A DNA stretch of 64,000 bases from Methanotrichaceae archaeon. GTDB lineage: Archaea; Halobacteriota; Methanosarcinia; Methanotrichales; Methanotrichaceae. A model generated the notes under the pieces. That model worked only from the letters and a program-made list of their open reading frames with translations. It was not told the DNA's origin and ran no database searches. The DNA lies in the NCBI GenBank assembly GCA_963756915.1, contig CAVWPP010000036.1:26557-90556 (forward strand), in the 5' to 3' direction. Position numbers and translations under genes: made by a program. The first letter of the stretch is position 1; the number at the start of each line of letters is the position of its first letter. This document shows positions 33,259 to 43,531 of the stretch, one piece after another.

Positions 33259-34128
33259 TTAGCTCTCGCTACTGTCAGGCAACCTCTCCCCACATTTTTT
33301 GCAATACTTGGCATCGATATCATGCCTGTCTACCTCGCAATGGGGGCAGATCAGCACCTTTTTTTCACGCCCGGTCGTCAGCCAGGCCCGGAAGATCCTG
33401 GCTGCCTGAAAGGGGATGAGGATGATGCCGGAGATTATCATGGCTACAGTGACCAGCCTGCCTGCTTGAGTTACGGGCACAATATCTCCAAAGCCCACAG
33501 TGGAGACGGCAACTACTGTGAAGTAAAACGCATCCCCGAAATTCTGCACCTTAGGATTGAGGGGACTTTCCACAAAATAGAACAATCCGGAATAGACAAA
33601 GAAGATTATGACAATGCTCACTACCAGTCTGGCGACGTTTATCATTCCCTGGCTTATCATGCCGAAGAGCAGATGGTTTTGGGAGATGAAGCGCAGGAAT
33701 CTGAATATCCTGAATACCGTCAGCACTCTCAGGGTCTGGATGAACCTGATATCATGGATGAAGAAGGTGGCTGGAAGGGCTATGAGAATCAGAGTGGGCA
33801 TTATGGCCACCAGATCGATGATGCTGTAGATATCCTTAACATGACTCCATCTGTGGGGAGCGCCGTAAAGCCGGATAAGATACTCCAGCATGAAGATGGC
33901 AACCACGACTATTTCCAGCCTCCAGAGCATCTCTCTTTGGCTGGCTGACATATCGTAGGTATTGAGAACAAAGAGAGCAACCACCAGCAAATTAAGTGCA
34001 ATGATGAGGATGTCGATGGCCTTTCCGAGGGGTGTTTGAAAGTCGATCATGTAAAACTGAACGGTCTGACGGAAGGTCTTCCGTTCAATCTCATCTTTGC
34101 CTTGATTTGCAGTCTTTCGGCCGGACAT
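33259..34128 (-). CDS. Voltage-gated (6TM) potassium channel with C-terminal Zn ribbon
   Basis: S4 RVLTVFRIFRFLR, TVGFGD filter, CPHC...CKKC. Confidence 0.92.
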   Translation of the reverse strand: MSGRKTANQGKDEIERKTFRQTVQFYMIDFQTPLGKAIDILIIALNLLVVALFVLNTYDMSASQREMLWRLEIVVVAIFMLEYLIRLYGAPHRWSHVKDIYSIIDLVAIMPTLILIALPATFFIHDIRFIQTLRVLTVFRIFRFLRFISQNHLLFGMISQGMINVARLVVSIVIIFFVYSGLFYFVESPLNPKVQNFGDAFYFTVVAVSTVGFGDIVPVTQAGRLVTVAMIISGIILIPFQAARIFRAWLTTGREKKVLICPHCEVDRHDIDAKYCKKCGERLPDSSES

Positions 34129-34248
34129 CAGAGAAATATTGCATTTTCTTGAAAATAAACTGATGCCTGAAACGTATTAAAAATGGATGCTGATGTACAC
34201 AATCAAGAGCGCAGGACTCGCCATCAAAATACAGGATATTTCATCGGG

Positions 34249-34507
34249 TTACATTAATCGGCGGGCAAGATGCACAACCGCTCCGAAGACTGAAATCAAA
34301 AGAGTATTAGCTGCGAGAAAGAAGTTGTTCGCTGTTGATCTACGTTCGCTAACTCGATCTGCCATCTCCACATAAAGCTTGTATTGCTCAAACAGATCAT
34401 CTTTGTACTTCGATCCATAGCTCTCTGATTTTGTCTTAAAAAGTCCAAAACTTATCATCTTCCGGTTCCATTACTGGACAACTCCATTTAACACTAATCG
34501 GACACAA
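34249..34507 (-). pseudogene. Truncated second copy of the RipA/8xMP-like membrane protein
   Basis: Near-identical to the 5' part of 35915-36508 up to VFGAVV (34274), then unrelated sequence. Extra A in the run at ~34447-34450. Confidence 0.9.
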
Positions 34508-35030
34508 TCAATTGCCATTTCTTATTCTAGCTAGCTCCTTTTCAATCTCATCTGCCTTTTCTTTGGGGGGCTTGATGACTTTTTCTTCAAGAGAAGCAAG
34601 CAGATTTGCCTGGTTTTCATATCGATATGGCTCTAAAACCGATTTGAACATTCTGAATATGTTCAAATAATGCAAATTCGTAATCAGAATTGAGAATAAG
34701 AGGCTGAACGGGGACTGATGGAAGCTGCGGGACGATTAATTGCAGCTCGGCTGGAATGCTCTTAGCATCTGTAATATCAGCAATTATGAATCGAGCCATA
34801 TGAGCAAGAGTTGAAACTGCCTCAGCTATATCACGGCTAGCTGATTTATCGAAATCAAAAAGAACTGGCAGATAATCGCGTTTTCTGAGTTCTTCTTTGA
34901 TTGCATCCAGTATAGGTTTGCGCTCGGGTGTGAAGCGACCAAGGATAAGTACAGTCTTTGATGTTATTGTATCAATTACTTGGTGTATTTTCTTATTATT
35001 AAGAATGAGATAAATAAATTGGGCAACTTC
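34274..35030. repeat. ~755-bp near-identical direct repeat, copy A
   Basis: Matches 36276-37030 apart from scattered substitutions and two 1-bp insertions. Confidence 0.95.
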
Positions 35031-35822
35031 GAGGTTGTCGACTGTGATGATAGGTTGATCTGGTGGGGTAATGACCAGATCATTTTGCTTGGCATTGTCC
35101 AGTTTTAATTCCCATGCAGATATTCCATATATTTTGCAGCCTGTAAGGGTTGCTCCTTCCAGATTTGTTTCAACTAGGAATGCCCCCCGGATGTCTGCCA
35201 TGCTGAGGTTTGACCCACTGAGATCCGTTTCGAGAAGATCTGCCCATTTGAGAATAGCATAGCTTAGATCTGCATTTCTAAGGTTTGCCTTCCAAAGCCC
35301 AGCCGTAGAAAGATTAGCTCCTTGTAGATTTGTCCTCTCTAACTTCGTTCCCCATAGAATCGCCTTGCTAAAGTTCGCATTATTGAAATCTGCTTCATTG
35401 AGATTTGCTTCGCTAAGATCCGCATTACTAAGATCTACGCGACTTGCGTACGAATTGCTGAGATCTGCTTCCTTAAGGCGAGAATTGCTGATGTTCGCTC
35501 CACTAAGGTTTGATTTGCTCAAGTATGCATCAGAAAGGTCTGTTTCTTTAAGACGAGCATTACTTAGGTCTGCTCCACTTAAATCCACGCCACAGAGGTT
35601 AGCTCCACTAAGGTTTGCGACATTAAGGTTCGCCATGCTTAGGTTCGCTTCAACAAAATTTGCATCAATTAAGTTCGCCCTAATGAAGTTAGCTTCTCTA
35701 AGATCCATACCATTTAGTTTGGCCATGTGGAGATCTATTGAAATACCGCGATTTTCAAGCCTCCATTTGTTCCACGCCTTAACACCTTGCAGTAGAATCT
35801 TAAGCGGTTCCTCATTTGCCAT
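34508..35822 (-). CDS. Pentapeptide-repeat protein with TIR/NDT-like C-terminal domain, copy 2; 1-bp insertion ~34655
   Basis: MANEEPLKILLQGVKAWNKWR, A(D/N)LxX repeats, C-terminus nearly identical to copy 1. Confidence 0.85.
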
Positions 35823-35914
35823 AAAGGTCATAAAGTATATATAGTTCACAATATTAAACATTTCGCATTCGCAAAAAAGGAGATTGGTTATGCCTAATAT
35901 GAAATGGCAATATA

Positions 35915-36508
35915 TCACATGTAAACGCTAAATTGGATACTATTCCCGCAAAAGGGTTTTACAAAATTGAGATATATTATAATCAATAAAATTATAAAGT
36001 AAATAAGTCCAAATGTCAATGGCGCATATTTCTCGATATGTGTTAAAGGTCGATAGAGCTTTGGATCGCGTCCTTCTCCCAAAGCTATCCATTCTGCTTT
36101 ATATAGAGCTAAAGGAAGGTTTTTCTCTATTTCGTGTATTACTTTAAATTTGCCTGAATTAAGTTGTCGATAAGAGGCGACGATATAGAACCAAGCTATA
36201 CTGAAAGCTAAACCAGATAATGCAAATAATGGAAACCACATCCCAGTTGAGTCGTCCGAAAGGGCGCCTTCACCAACAACCGCTCCGAAGACTGAAATCA
36301 AAAGAGTATTAGCTGCTAGAAAGAAGTTGTTCGCTGTTGATCTGCGTTCGCTAACTCGATCTGCCATCTCCACATAAAGCTTGTATTGCTCAAACAGATC
36401 ATCTTTGTACTTCGATCCATAGCTCTCTGATTTTGTCTTAAAAAGTCCAAACTTATCATCTTCCGGTTCCATTACTGGACAACTCCATTTAGCATTAATC
36501 GGACACAA
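35915..36508 (-). CDS. RipA/8xMP-like membrane protein (putative pore-forming effector)
   Basis: LFEQYKLYVEMADRVSERRSTANNFFL...W...SYRQLNSGKFKVIHEIE..LP...EW; 3 hydrophobic helices. Family recalled from memory. Confidence 0.7.
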   Translation of the reverse strand: MCPINAKWSCPVMEPEDDKFGLFKTKSESYGSKYKDDLFEQYKLYVEMADRVSERRSTANNFFLAANTLLISVFGAVVGEGALSDDSTGMWFPLFALSGLAFSIAWFYIVASYRQLNSGKFKVIHEIEKNLPLALYKAEWIALGEGRDPKLYRPLTHIEKYAPLTFGLIYFIILLIIIYLNFVKPFCGNSIQFSVYM

Positions 36509-37030
36509 TCAATTGCCATTTCTTATTCTAGCTAGCTCCTTTTCAATCTCATCCGCCTTTTCTTTGGGGGGATTGATGACTTTTTCTTCAAGAGAAGCAA
36601 GCAGCTTTGCCTGGTTTTCATATCGATACGGCTCTAAAACCGATTTGAACATTCTAATATGTTCAAATAATGCAAATTCGTAATCGGAATTGAGAATAAG
36701 AGGCTGAACGGGGACTGATGGAAGCTGCGGGACGATTAATTGCAGTTCGGCTGGAATGCTCTTAGCATCTGTAATATCAGCAATTATGAATCGAGCCATA
36801 TGAGCAAGAGTTGAAACTGTCTCAGCTATATTACGGCTAGCTGATTTATCGAAATCAAAAAGAACTGGCAGATAATCGCGTTTTCTGAGTTCTTCTTTGA
36901 TTGCATCCAGTATAGGCTTGCGCTCGGGTGTGAAGCGACCAAGGATGAGTACAGTCTTTGATGTTATTGTATCAATTACTTGGCGTATTTTCTTATTATT
37001 AAGAATGAGATAAATAAATTGGGCAACTTC
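36276..37030. repeat. ~755-bp near-identical direct repeat, copy B
   Basis: Matches 34274-35030. Confidence 0.95.
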
Positions 37031-38110
37031 TAGATTATCTAAAGATATTGTAGGTTCATTAGGCGGAGTAATGATAAGATTCTTTTGATAGGTTCCTATT
37101 AGGTTTAGATTCCAGGCAGAGATGCCATATATTTTGCAGCCCGTGAGATTTGCTTTCTCGAGATTTGCCCCAATCAGGCAAGCTCCATTAAGATCTGCTC
37201 CAAGTAGGATCGCATTGCAAAGATTAGATTCGCTTAGATCCGAATTACTCAGGTTTGCTTCACAAAATTTGGTATTAGTCAGGTCTGTATTGCTAAGATT
37301 CGCTCTTCGCAGGTTGGCACCTATAAGACTTGCTTTGCTTAGGTTGGCCCTACGAAGATTTGCCCGATGAAGATTTGCTCCATCAAGATTTGCTCCAACG
37401 AGGTTTGCTTTGCGAAGATAGCACTCTTTAAGGTTTGCAAAACTTAGATTAGATCCCTGCAAATCTGTATTATGCAGATTTGATTTGGCTAGATCCGCAC
37501 CAAACAGATTTACTTCTTTCATGTTGGCTCCACTTAGGTCAACTTCGAGGAGCTTAGCATCTTTTAGATTAGTTTCAGAGCTAAAACTAACATTGGAAAG
37601 CTTCGCTTTATTTAGATTGGCTTTATTGAGGTTCGACTTCATCAAATTGGCTCCACTAAGATCCGCCTCCATTAGGTCAGCATTGAAAATATTTGCGTTA
37701 AAAAAGTTCGCATTATGAAGATTCGCATTGATTAAATTCACTCCACTGAGGTTTGCCTCGCTAAGATTTGACTTGGAAAGGTTAATTTCACCTAAATTTG
37801 CACTGGTTAAATCCGCACTATTTAAATCTGTATCATAAAGATTTGCCCATCTGAGGTCTGCTTCAAAAAGCGTAACATTCGCAAGATTTGCCTTATTAAC
37901 TGTCGCATTTCGGAGATCTGAAAAGCTTAAATTTGCCCCGCACATATCAGTTCCATGAAGATTTACATTCTTGAGATTGAATTTGCCTAAGTCCTCTTTT
38001 TTAAGCACTGTTTCGCTAATGTCTGGAAATGTACCAGGATTTTCCGCTCGCCATTGATTCCAAGCCAAAAATCCTTGTTTTAAGATTACGAGATGATCTC
38101 GATTAGCCAT
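36509..38110 (-). CDS. Pentapeptide-repeat protein with TIR/NDT-like C-terminal domain, copy 1
   Basis: ~290 aa of pentapeptide repeats, then an alpha/beta domain VLILGRF..YLPVLFD..ARFIIADITDAKSIPAEL. Confidence 0.9.
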   Translation of the reverse strand: MANRDHLVILKQGFLAWNQWRAENPGTFPDISETVLKKEDLGKFNLKNVNLHGTDMCGANLSFSDLRNATVNKANLANVTLFEADLRWANLYDTDLNSADLTSANLGEINLSKSNLSEANLSGVNLINANLHNANFFNANIFNADLMEADLSGANLMKSNLNKANLNKAKLSNVSFSSETNLKDAKLLEVDLSGANMKEVNLFGADLAKSNLHNTDLQGSNLSFANLKECYLRKANLVGANLDGANLHRANLRRANLSKASLIGANLRRANLSNTDLTNTKFCEANLSNSDLSESNLCNAILLGADLNGACLIGANLEKANLTGCKIYGISAWNLNLIGTYQKNLIITPPNEPTISLDNLEVAQFIYLILNNKKIRQVIDTITSKTVLILGRFTPERKPILDAIKEELRKRDYLPVLFDFDKSASRNIAETVSTLAHMARFIIADITDAKSIPAELQLIVPQLPSVPVQPLILNSDYEFALFEHIRMFKSVLEPYRYENQAKLLASLEEKVINPPKEKADEIEKELARIRNGN

Positions 38111-38741
38111 ATTACAAAACCTCTATTCAAAATTTCCATACATGTTGCTTATTCCTATAAATAAATCTTTTGGCAATTGAAAAGTTTAAGAAGAATTCTT
38201 TTGGCCTAAGGATAAATATTTGAATTGTTTCGAGAGATTATCTTCTTGCTTTCTATCTTTTCTAGCACCGATTTATTATGGATCCGATGCACTTAATTTT
38301 TGAATCAAATCATATTCAGTAATTTATTATAGATTTTTTCGGCATTGCCGATCTCTCCGCGCGACCCATCAATTTTTTGTTCTCGAATAAGGGGGACCTG
38401 TAATTGCCGAATACCCAAAAGCCATTTCGGTAGGTATTATTCTTCTTGATTCAATTGTAGATCAGCTTCCGAAAAGGGCTGAAAAGGCTATAGCTATCGA
38501 ATACAGGCATTATGCCTAGGATGTTGTTAACAATAGACTTGATTCGTTACTCTACTCTTGAGCAGTCTTTTGCATCTTCATAGAGCATGGGAATAATCTC
38601 AACGAAGATCGAAGGATTTCTCAGCCTCCTCGAGGTTAGTCTGGATTGGGATTTAGGTGAGAACGAAAAATCATTATCCAATTTACTGGTAATCAATTTA
38701 GGAATAATTGCACAAAATCGCTATGCATAGAACTAATTTTA

Positions 38742-38826
38742 TGCGGGGAAAGGGATTCGAACCCTTGAACTCCTGCGAGAATAGATCTTGAGTCTATCAC
38801 CGTTGGCCTGGCTTGGTTATCCCCGC
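38742..38826 (-). tRNA. tRNA-Leu(CAA)
   Basis: GCGGGGA/TCCCCGC acceptor stem, ATAGA-CTCAAGA-TCTAT anticodon arm, long variable arm, GGTTCGAATCC. Confidence 0.97.
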
Positions 38827-38884
38827 GCTGGATGCTGATTTTGCGAATATTGCCGAATTCGCTTTTATATGAGACACAGTTCAG

Positions 38885-38902
38885 CTATAAATAGATTTTC
38901 GA
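38885..38902 (-). promoter_or_regulatory. BRE-TATA promoter for the intact tRNA-Leu (element-borne)
   Basis: TCGAAAATCTATTTATAG ~60 nt upstream of the tRNA; equivalent motif at 43532-43549. Confidence 0.65.
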
Positions 38903-39076
38903 GTGATAGAGCAGTAACTATTACCGCGTGGGCTCTTAGGTAGAATAAGTCAATTATTCTCGGAAGTTTTATGTAAAGAACCCATGACGCAAAATGAGAA
39001 GAATTTGCTTCTGGTATCTCAGTGTACCTAAAGGCGCACTTCCTGGCTTCCGAAGCAATCTTCTTAGCTGACATGA

Positions 39077-39295
39077 CATGATCCCAAGGCGGGCAAAAAC
39101 AAGCAACGCATACATCCTCATCTACTGAAGCATTCGTTTGCCATCTGGTGTCTCGATGCAGGCGTACCTATAGGAGATCTTCAGAGCCAACCAGGACATG
39201 CTTCGCTGGCAACAACGGGCATATACCTCAAGGCAAGCCCAAATCACAAGCTAGAGGCGTACTTAAGGTCGGGTTTATCTGATAGGCTAGTCTGA
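39077..39295 (+). pseudogene. C-terminal fragment of a tyrosine recombinase
   Basis: Hand translation KAGKNKQRIHPHLLKHSFAIWCLDAGVPIGDLQSQPGHASLATTGIYLK... The HxxR box has R>K; GH and the catalytic Y are present. No start codon. Confidence 0.85.
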
Positions 39296-39593
39296 AATTT
39301 GCCATAGCAACGTGCCAAGAAATAGCGTGGTAATCCAGGACAACTCCAGCTTATTGACGCCTGTGAGGAGCCACATCTCGTGACATATAAGGCTGTTTGA
39401 ACCTCAGGCCAATACACCTGAAAGCTGAGTCATGGTCTACTAGGGGCTGAGTATAAGGGAGATGGAATCGCGAGCTTATGAGTATCTTCGGGCTACATTT
39501 ACTAGGACATAGCCAATAGGTATGGATTCTGGATATGAGATTATGTGCGAGGGATGAGATTCAAGCACGTCCCAGCTACATAAACTATTTCGT

Positions 39594-42500
39594 TTGGTGA
39601 GACAAATACACGAACATGGAGGAATATCGATTAGAGGAATATTTTTTCTCGTTCTTATGACGTCAATTTTGTTTTGCATGTCGATTGTGTCGGCTCAAGA
39701 CTGCAATTGGACCGGGACATGGGACATAGGAGCTAGTGGGCCATTGGTGCTTCAACAATCCGGCGATACAGTAACTGGAACCTACTATCCTATTGAGCAA
39801 GGTGAGGTTAGAGGAACGGTATCAGGTAACAAGCTCATAGGCACCTGGACCCATCGTACCGCAAATCCGATCATCTCCGGAGATTGTGAGCTCGAAATGT
39901 CCGAATATTGCACACTCACAAGCCGATGGCGTTATGCCACAGTTGGATATTCTCAGGAGTGGAGAACTGACTGGTTTGAAGTTGGAAAAAAAATCCCCGC
40001 AATAGACACTGCCGGATCCAAAGATCTATCGCCTATTCAAGCCCAATTTGAGTGGATTGGCATGGATGCAGATAAGGTAGGCGTATATGATAACGGAAAT
40101 CCTAATGGAAATCCAGATGGGCATTTTGAGCTCTATCTAAACCTTCCGGCTTCGACAGAGATAGAATCGATCCTGGTGTACAGCGCAGATTCAAATGGCA
40201 ATCCTGCGAACGGACAATTCTGGGATACTGCTTACAACAATTACTATATGATTGGCGTGTTCGATCACGGCACTCAGCTTAACATGATTCACGTTCCGAC
40301 TCTTGGAACGTTCTCAGGACCTGTGCAGCTCGATCTATATTGCGAGGATTCGGGTTGGTTCAAGTCGGGGAACTGGTTCGGATTGGAGGTGACTTTGGGA
40401 GATGGTACAAAACTCAAGAAACTGGTATCTATCGGAGGGAACTTCGAAACCCCATCTGCAAGCCCGTCTAGACAATTGGATGAACCTACCATAGATAGTA
40501 AATCTTCTAAGAGTGATGGTCTTTTGGAAGGTAACTCAAAATCATCTGGCGAAGATTCTTCATTCACTTCTGGATCAGAAGACCAATCACCTAGTCAGAT
40601 CGATTCCGATATGGCAATCTTCGACAGCTGGAATACGGGCTCCGTGGATAACAATCCTACATGCAGCCCAATTTTCACGATTTCCCAACCACAGAAGATT
40701 ACCTATATCGATACTTATCACTGGAACTATGGCCAGGGTACATCATCCGGTGGAACCATCAGTCTTCAAAATGGAAATAGCGAAACCTTTGGACCTTGGG
40801 CTGTTACGGCTGAGTCCGCTTCAGGTGCAGCTAATGCTTGGTGGAAATCTCACCCAGATATGGTCATCCCTGCTGGAACGTATACCATCATCGATTCTGA
40901 ACCAGAGACATGGTCCAAGAACTCAGAATCACCCTGTGGGTTCAGCAAGGTCGAAGGGTATCCGGCGAATAATGCATCTTCTGCAAATCTCCCCTTGGCA
41001 GAGATGATCCAGATTAGGCCGACCGTCATAGTCGGTCCATATGAAGAAACCAACGCCACAGTGACACCCGAGGAAGGTGGAAGCCTCCATTATGGTCGGA
41101 TAGAAGTGACCGCCCCGCCCGGCGCAGTGGATGAGAGCACCAAGATAGTTGTGAAGAAGCTGACCGGAGACGTACCTACTGGCATGGACTCAACTTCGAC
41201 AACTCCTAAGGCCACATCCCTGAGCGAGGTCTACGATCTAGGACCTGATGGAATCGAGTTCAAAAAACCCGTCCTTATAACACTTTCCTACGATGAGTCC
41301 GCCCTTCCGAATGGTGGCAATGAGAGCGGCATCACTGCAGCTTACTTCAACGGAGATAAATGGGTTCCCATCAGAGGGTTAGTGGATACGGAGAAGAACA
41401 CAGTCTGCTTCAGAGCTCAAAAAATTCCGGGAGAGCTATTCACCTCGATCTACGTGGCAACCGCATTGATAACCACCTTAGTTGGCGTAAGCATCTACGC
41501 TTACGAGACCGGAGCGCATCAGAATGCCATCGATCTGTACAAAGGAAACATAGCTATTAACGGCAGTGATCCCATTGTCAAAGGAACGGCGAATAAGTAC
41601 ATTACGCCTACCGATTGCAAAGTACAATGCTATGCTCTGCGCTCCCACCTGTTGATTGGAGGTCAAAAGGTAAAGCTGGATGACCCTAACCTGGGGGATC
41701 TTCTGGCCAAGAACAACATAGGATTGCTAACATTCGTCGAGGAGAATGGGATAGAGTCTGTTCAGAGATACCCGGCAGAAGGCTCAGAGGCATATAAGCA
41801 TGCCAATTGGCAGAAGCCGGTAGACTACCTGACCAAAAATGACAAGGTTGGAGATTGCACCGATATAACCAATGCCGCCGTCAGTATCTTCAGGGCGCTA
41901 GGCATGCCTGCTAAAAGCGTATTCGGCTACACAGATGCAGAGCGAAAGAACGCACATGCCTGGGGTGAAGTAATGATTGGGGGCAAGATGTACCTGATCG
42001 ATGAAAACGGGCAGCTAGAAGGATTGGAGGATGCCATGAAGAAAATGAACCTGGTCAGGCCCAAATCCGATGACAAGCGTAACCGCATGTGGGATGAAAT
42101 AAAGACAGAGGAATATACAAAAGAGTGGTATAAACATCCTTCTATTAATATGCTTCATCGCTATGGTCTTGACGAAGAGAGCGGTAGTATAGATGAAGTA
42201 GATTATACCGAAGATAACTGGACCTGGGTCGAAAAAGCCAACTCTTACTATAGCCAGAGAAAGTGGGACAAGGCTATCAACGCTTTCGAGGAGGCTATCA
42301 AGTTAGATCCAAAAAATGCCGTTTACTGGCAATCAAAAGGCACGGCTCTCTATAATCAGGGCAAGTACGATGAAGCTGTCAAAGCTTTCGAGGAGGCTAT
42401 CAAGTTAGATCCAAAAAATGAAGATTACTGGCAATTCAAAGGCTGGGCTCTTAATAATCAGGGCAAATACGACGAGGCTATCAAAGCATATGACGAGGCC

Positions 42501-42641
42501 ATCAAGTTAGATCCAAAACCTGGCGAGGCATGGCACGACAAAGGCTTAGCTATAAAGTCGCTTGGTCGCACTACAGAAGCTAACGCCGCCTTCGCCAAGG
42601 CCAAGGAGATGGGATTTAAGGATCCCTGCGAGTGTGTGTAA
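39594..42641 (+). CDS. Secreted multidomain protein: beta domains, ZU5-like, transglutaminase-like, C-terminal TPRs
   Basis: Signal peptide; PPGAV..LGPDGIEFKKPV; GDCTD..HAWGEV..ID triad; 102-bp-period TPR repeats (42282/42384). Confidence 0.85.
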   Translation: MVRQIHEHGGISIRGIFFLVLMTSILFCMSIVSAQDCNWTGTWDIGASGPLVLQQSGDTVTGTYYPIEQGEVRGTVSGNKLIGTWTHRTANPIISGDCELEMSEYCTLTSRWRYATVGYSQEWRTDWFEVGKKIPAIDTAGSKDLSPIQAQFEWIGMDADKVGVYDNGNPNGNPDGHFELYLNLPASTEIESILVYSADSNGNPANGQFWDTAYNNYYMIGVFDHGTQLNMIHVPTLGTFSGPVQLDLYCEDSGWFKSGNWFGLEVTLGDGTKLKKLVSIGGNFETPSASPSRQLDEPTIDSKSSKSDGLLEGNSKSSGEDSSFTSGSEDQSPSQIDSDMAIFDSWNTGSVDNNPTCSPIFTISQPQKITYIDTYHWNYGQGTSSGGTISLQNGNSETFGPWAVTAESASGAANAWWKSHPDMVIPAGTYTIIDSEPETWSKNSESPCGFSKVEGYPANNASSANLPLAEMIQIRPTVIVGPYEETNATVTPEEGGSLHYGRIEVTAPPGAVDESTKIVVKKLTGDVPTGMDSTSTTPKATSLSEVYDLGPDGIEFKKPVLITLSYDESALPNGGNESGITAAYFNGDKWVPIRGLVDTEKNTVCFRAQKIPGELFTSIYVATALITTLVGVSIYAYETGAHQNAIDLYKGNIAINGSDPIVKGTANKYITPTDCKVQCYALRSHLLIGGQKVKLDDPNLGDLLAKNNIGLLTFVEENGIESVQRYPAEGSEAYKHANWQKPVDYLTKNDKVGDCTDITNAAVSIFRALGMPAKSVFGYTDAERKNAHAWGEVMIGGKMYLIDENGQLEGLEDAMKKMNLVRPKSDDKRNRMWDEIKTEEYTKEWYKHPSINMLHRYGLDEESGSIDEVDYTEDNWTWVEKANSYYSQRKWDKAINAFEEAIKLDPKNAVYWQSKGTALYNQGKYDEAVKAFEEAIKLDPKNEDYWQFKGWALNNQGKYDEAIKAYDEAIKLDPKPGEAWHDKGLAIKSLGRTTEANAAFAKAKEMGFKDPCECV

Positions 42642-42818
42642 CATTTAATTCAATCCCTCTTTTTTTCGATATGCTCTAAACTGCGAGATATTATTATAAG
42701 GACTCTTCTCGATTCGTATGGCCAACTATAGGATTATGGCTGAGACCGTCAATTAGTGTATCAGGATATCCCTCGATTCCTGATTGCTAGTGCGATAGAT
42801 AGTGATTAAAAGAGAAAG

Positions 42819-43307
42819 CTATAGTGCAAGATACTGGCTATGCTTCTCTCTTTTAACAGCATCGTTGCATAGCTTACCGCTTCTGAGGCATCCGAAGAAT
42901 AATACTTTCAGCATGCAGTGATGTTTTAAGTTGTTGCATGCACTAAAGATTTTAAGAACATCTTTCTCATCGAAGTAGTAAGGCAGAGAATTATTGAGCC
43001 TTAGAAATTTGAGCTTGACCGGTTGATCTATCATCACATGATACTTGATCAGGGCTGCTGCGAAGTTATTGATAGACTCCGAGACATGCCTATCAGAGGA
43101 TCGGTTATTATAGAATTCTTGGGCTTCTTTCGGAGTCGGTAGGTCGGTCTTTGCAGCTTGAAGGTACGAACTTGCCAGCTTTGCATATAGGATTACCGTA
43201 TTTTTCTTAAGTCCTAAGCTCTCCAAATATCGAGCATATCGCGACAAAGCTGGCTTCAAGTCAGATAAATTTCTGTCCATAGACCAGTCAACAGCTAGTT
43301 TTGCCAT
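42819..43307 (-). pseudogene. N-terminal half of a Xer-like tyrosine recombinase
   Basis: SAM-like N-domain, LPYYFDEKDV, LFFGCLRSG (first catalytic Arg), then truncation. Lies next to the att repeat. Confidence 0.85.
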
Positions 43308-43426
43308 CCGCAAACCTCTTTGTATATTTTACGATATATCTATTGTTCTTTGACGAATAGCAATTAGCAAAAACGAATTGCAGAGATGAAGTGAGAAAAG
43401 GCATCAGCCTTTTTGAACTTATAATC

Positions 43427-43471
43427 GATCTTGAGTCTATCACCGTTGGCCTGGCTTGGTTATCCCCGCGC
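43427..43471 (-). repeat. att site: duplicated 5' half of tRNA-Leu
   Basis: 45-bp identity with 38784-38828. Confidence 0.95.
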
Positions 43472-43531
43472 AACTATTTCGCGATTTGCACATCAGCGTT
43501 AAATCGCTCCTCATAACGGGAACTGTTCTTT

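Larger units (their letters stand above)
38784..43471. mobile_element. Decayed integrative element bounded by 45-bp att repeats (5' half of tRNA-Leu)
   Basis: GATCTTGAGTCTATCACCGTTGGCCTGGCTTGGTTATCCCCGCGC is identical at 38784-38828 and 43427-43471. Tyrosine recombinase fragments lie inside both ends. Confidence 0.9.

Noticed and set aside
33193-33948. 251-aa plus-strand ORF
   Set aside because: Antisense shadow of the well-supported K+ channel gene
35071-37718. Repetitive plus-strand ORFs (LRSA/LRFA)
   Set aside because: Antisense shadows of the pentapeptide repeats
43288-43473. ORF running through the att site as an SSV1-type split integrase
   Set aside because: It is out of frame with the recombinase, which has its own GAGGT SD and ATG at 43307. 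The C-terminal fragment is on the other strand and does not abut att.
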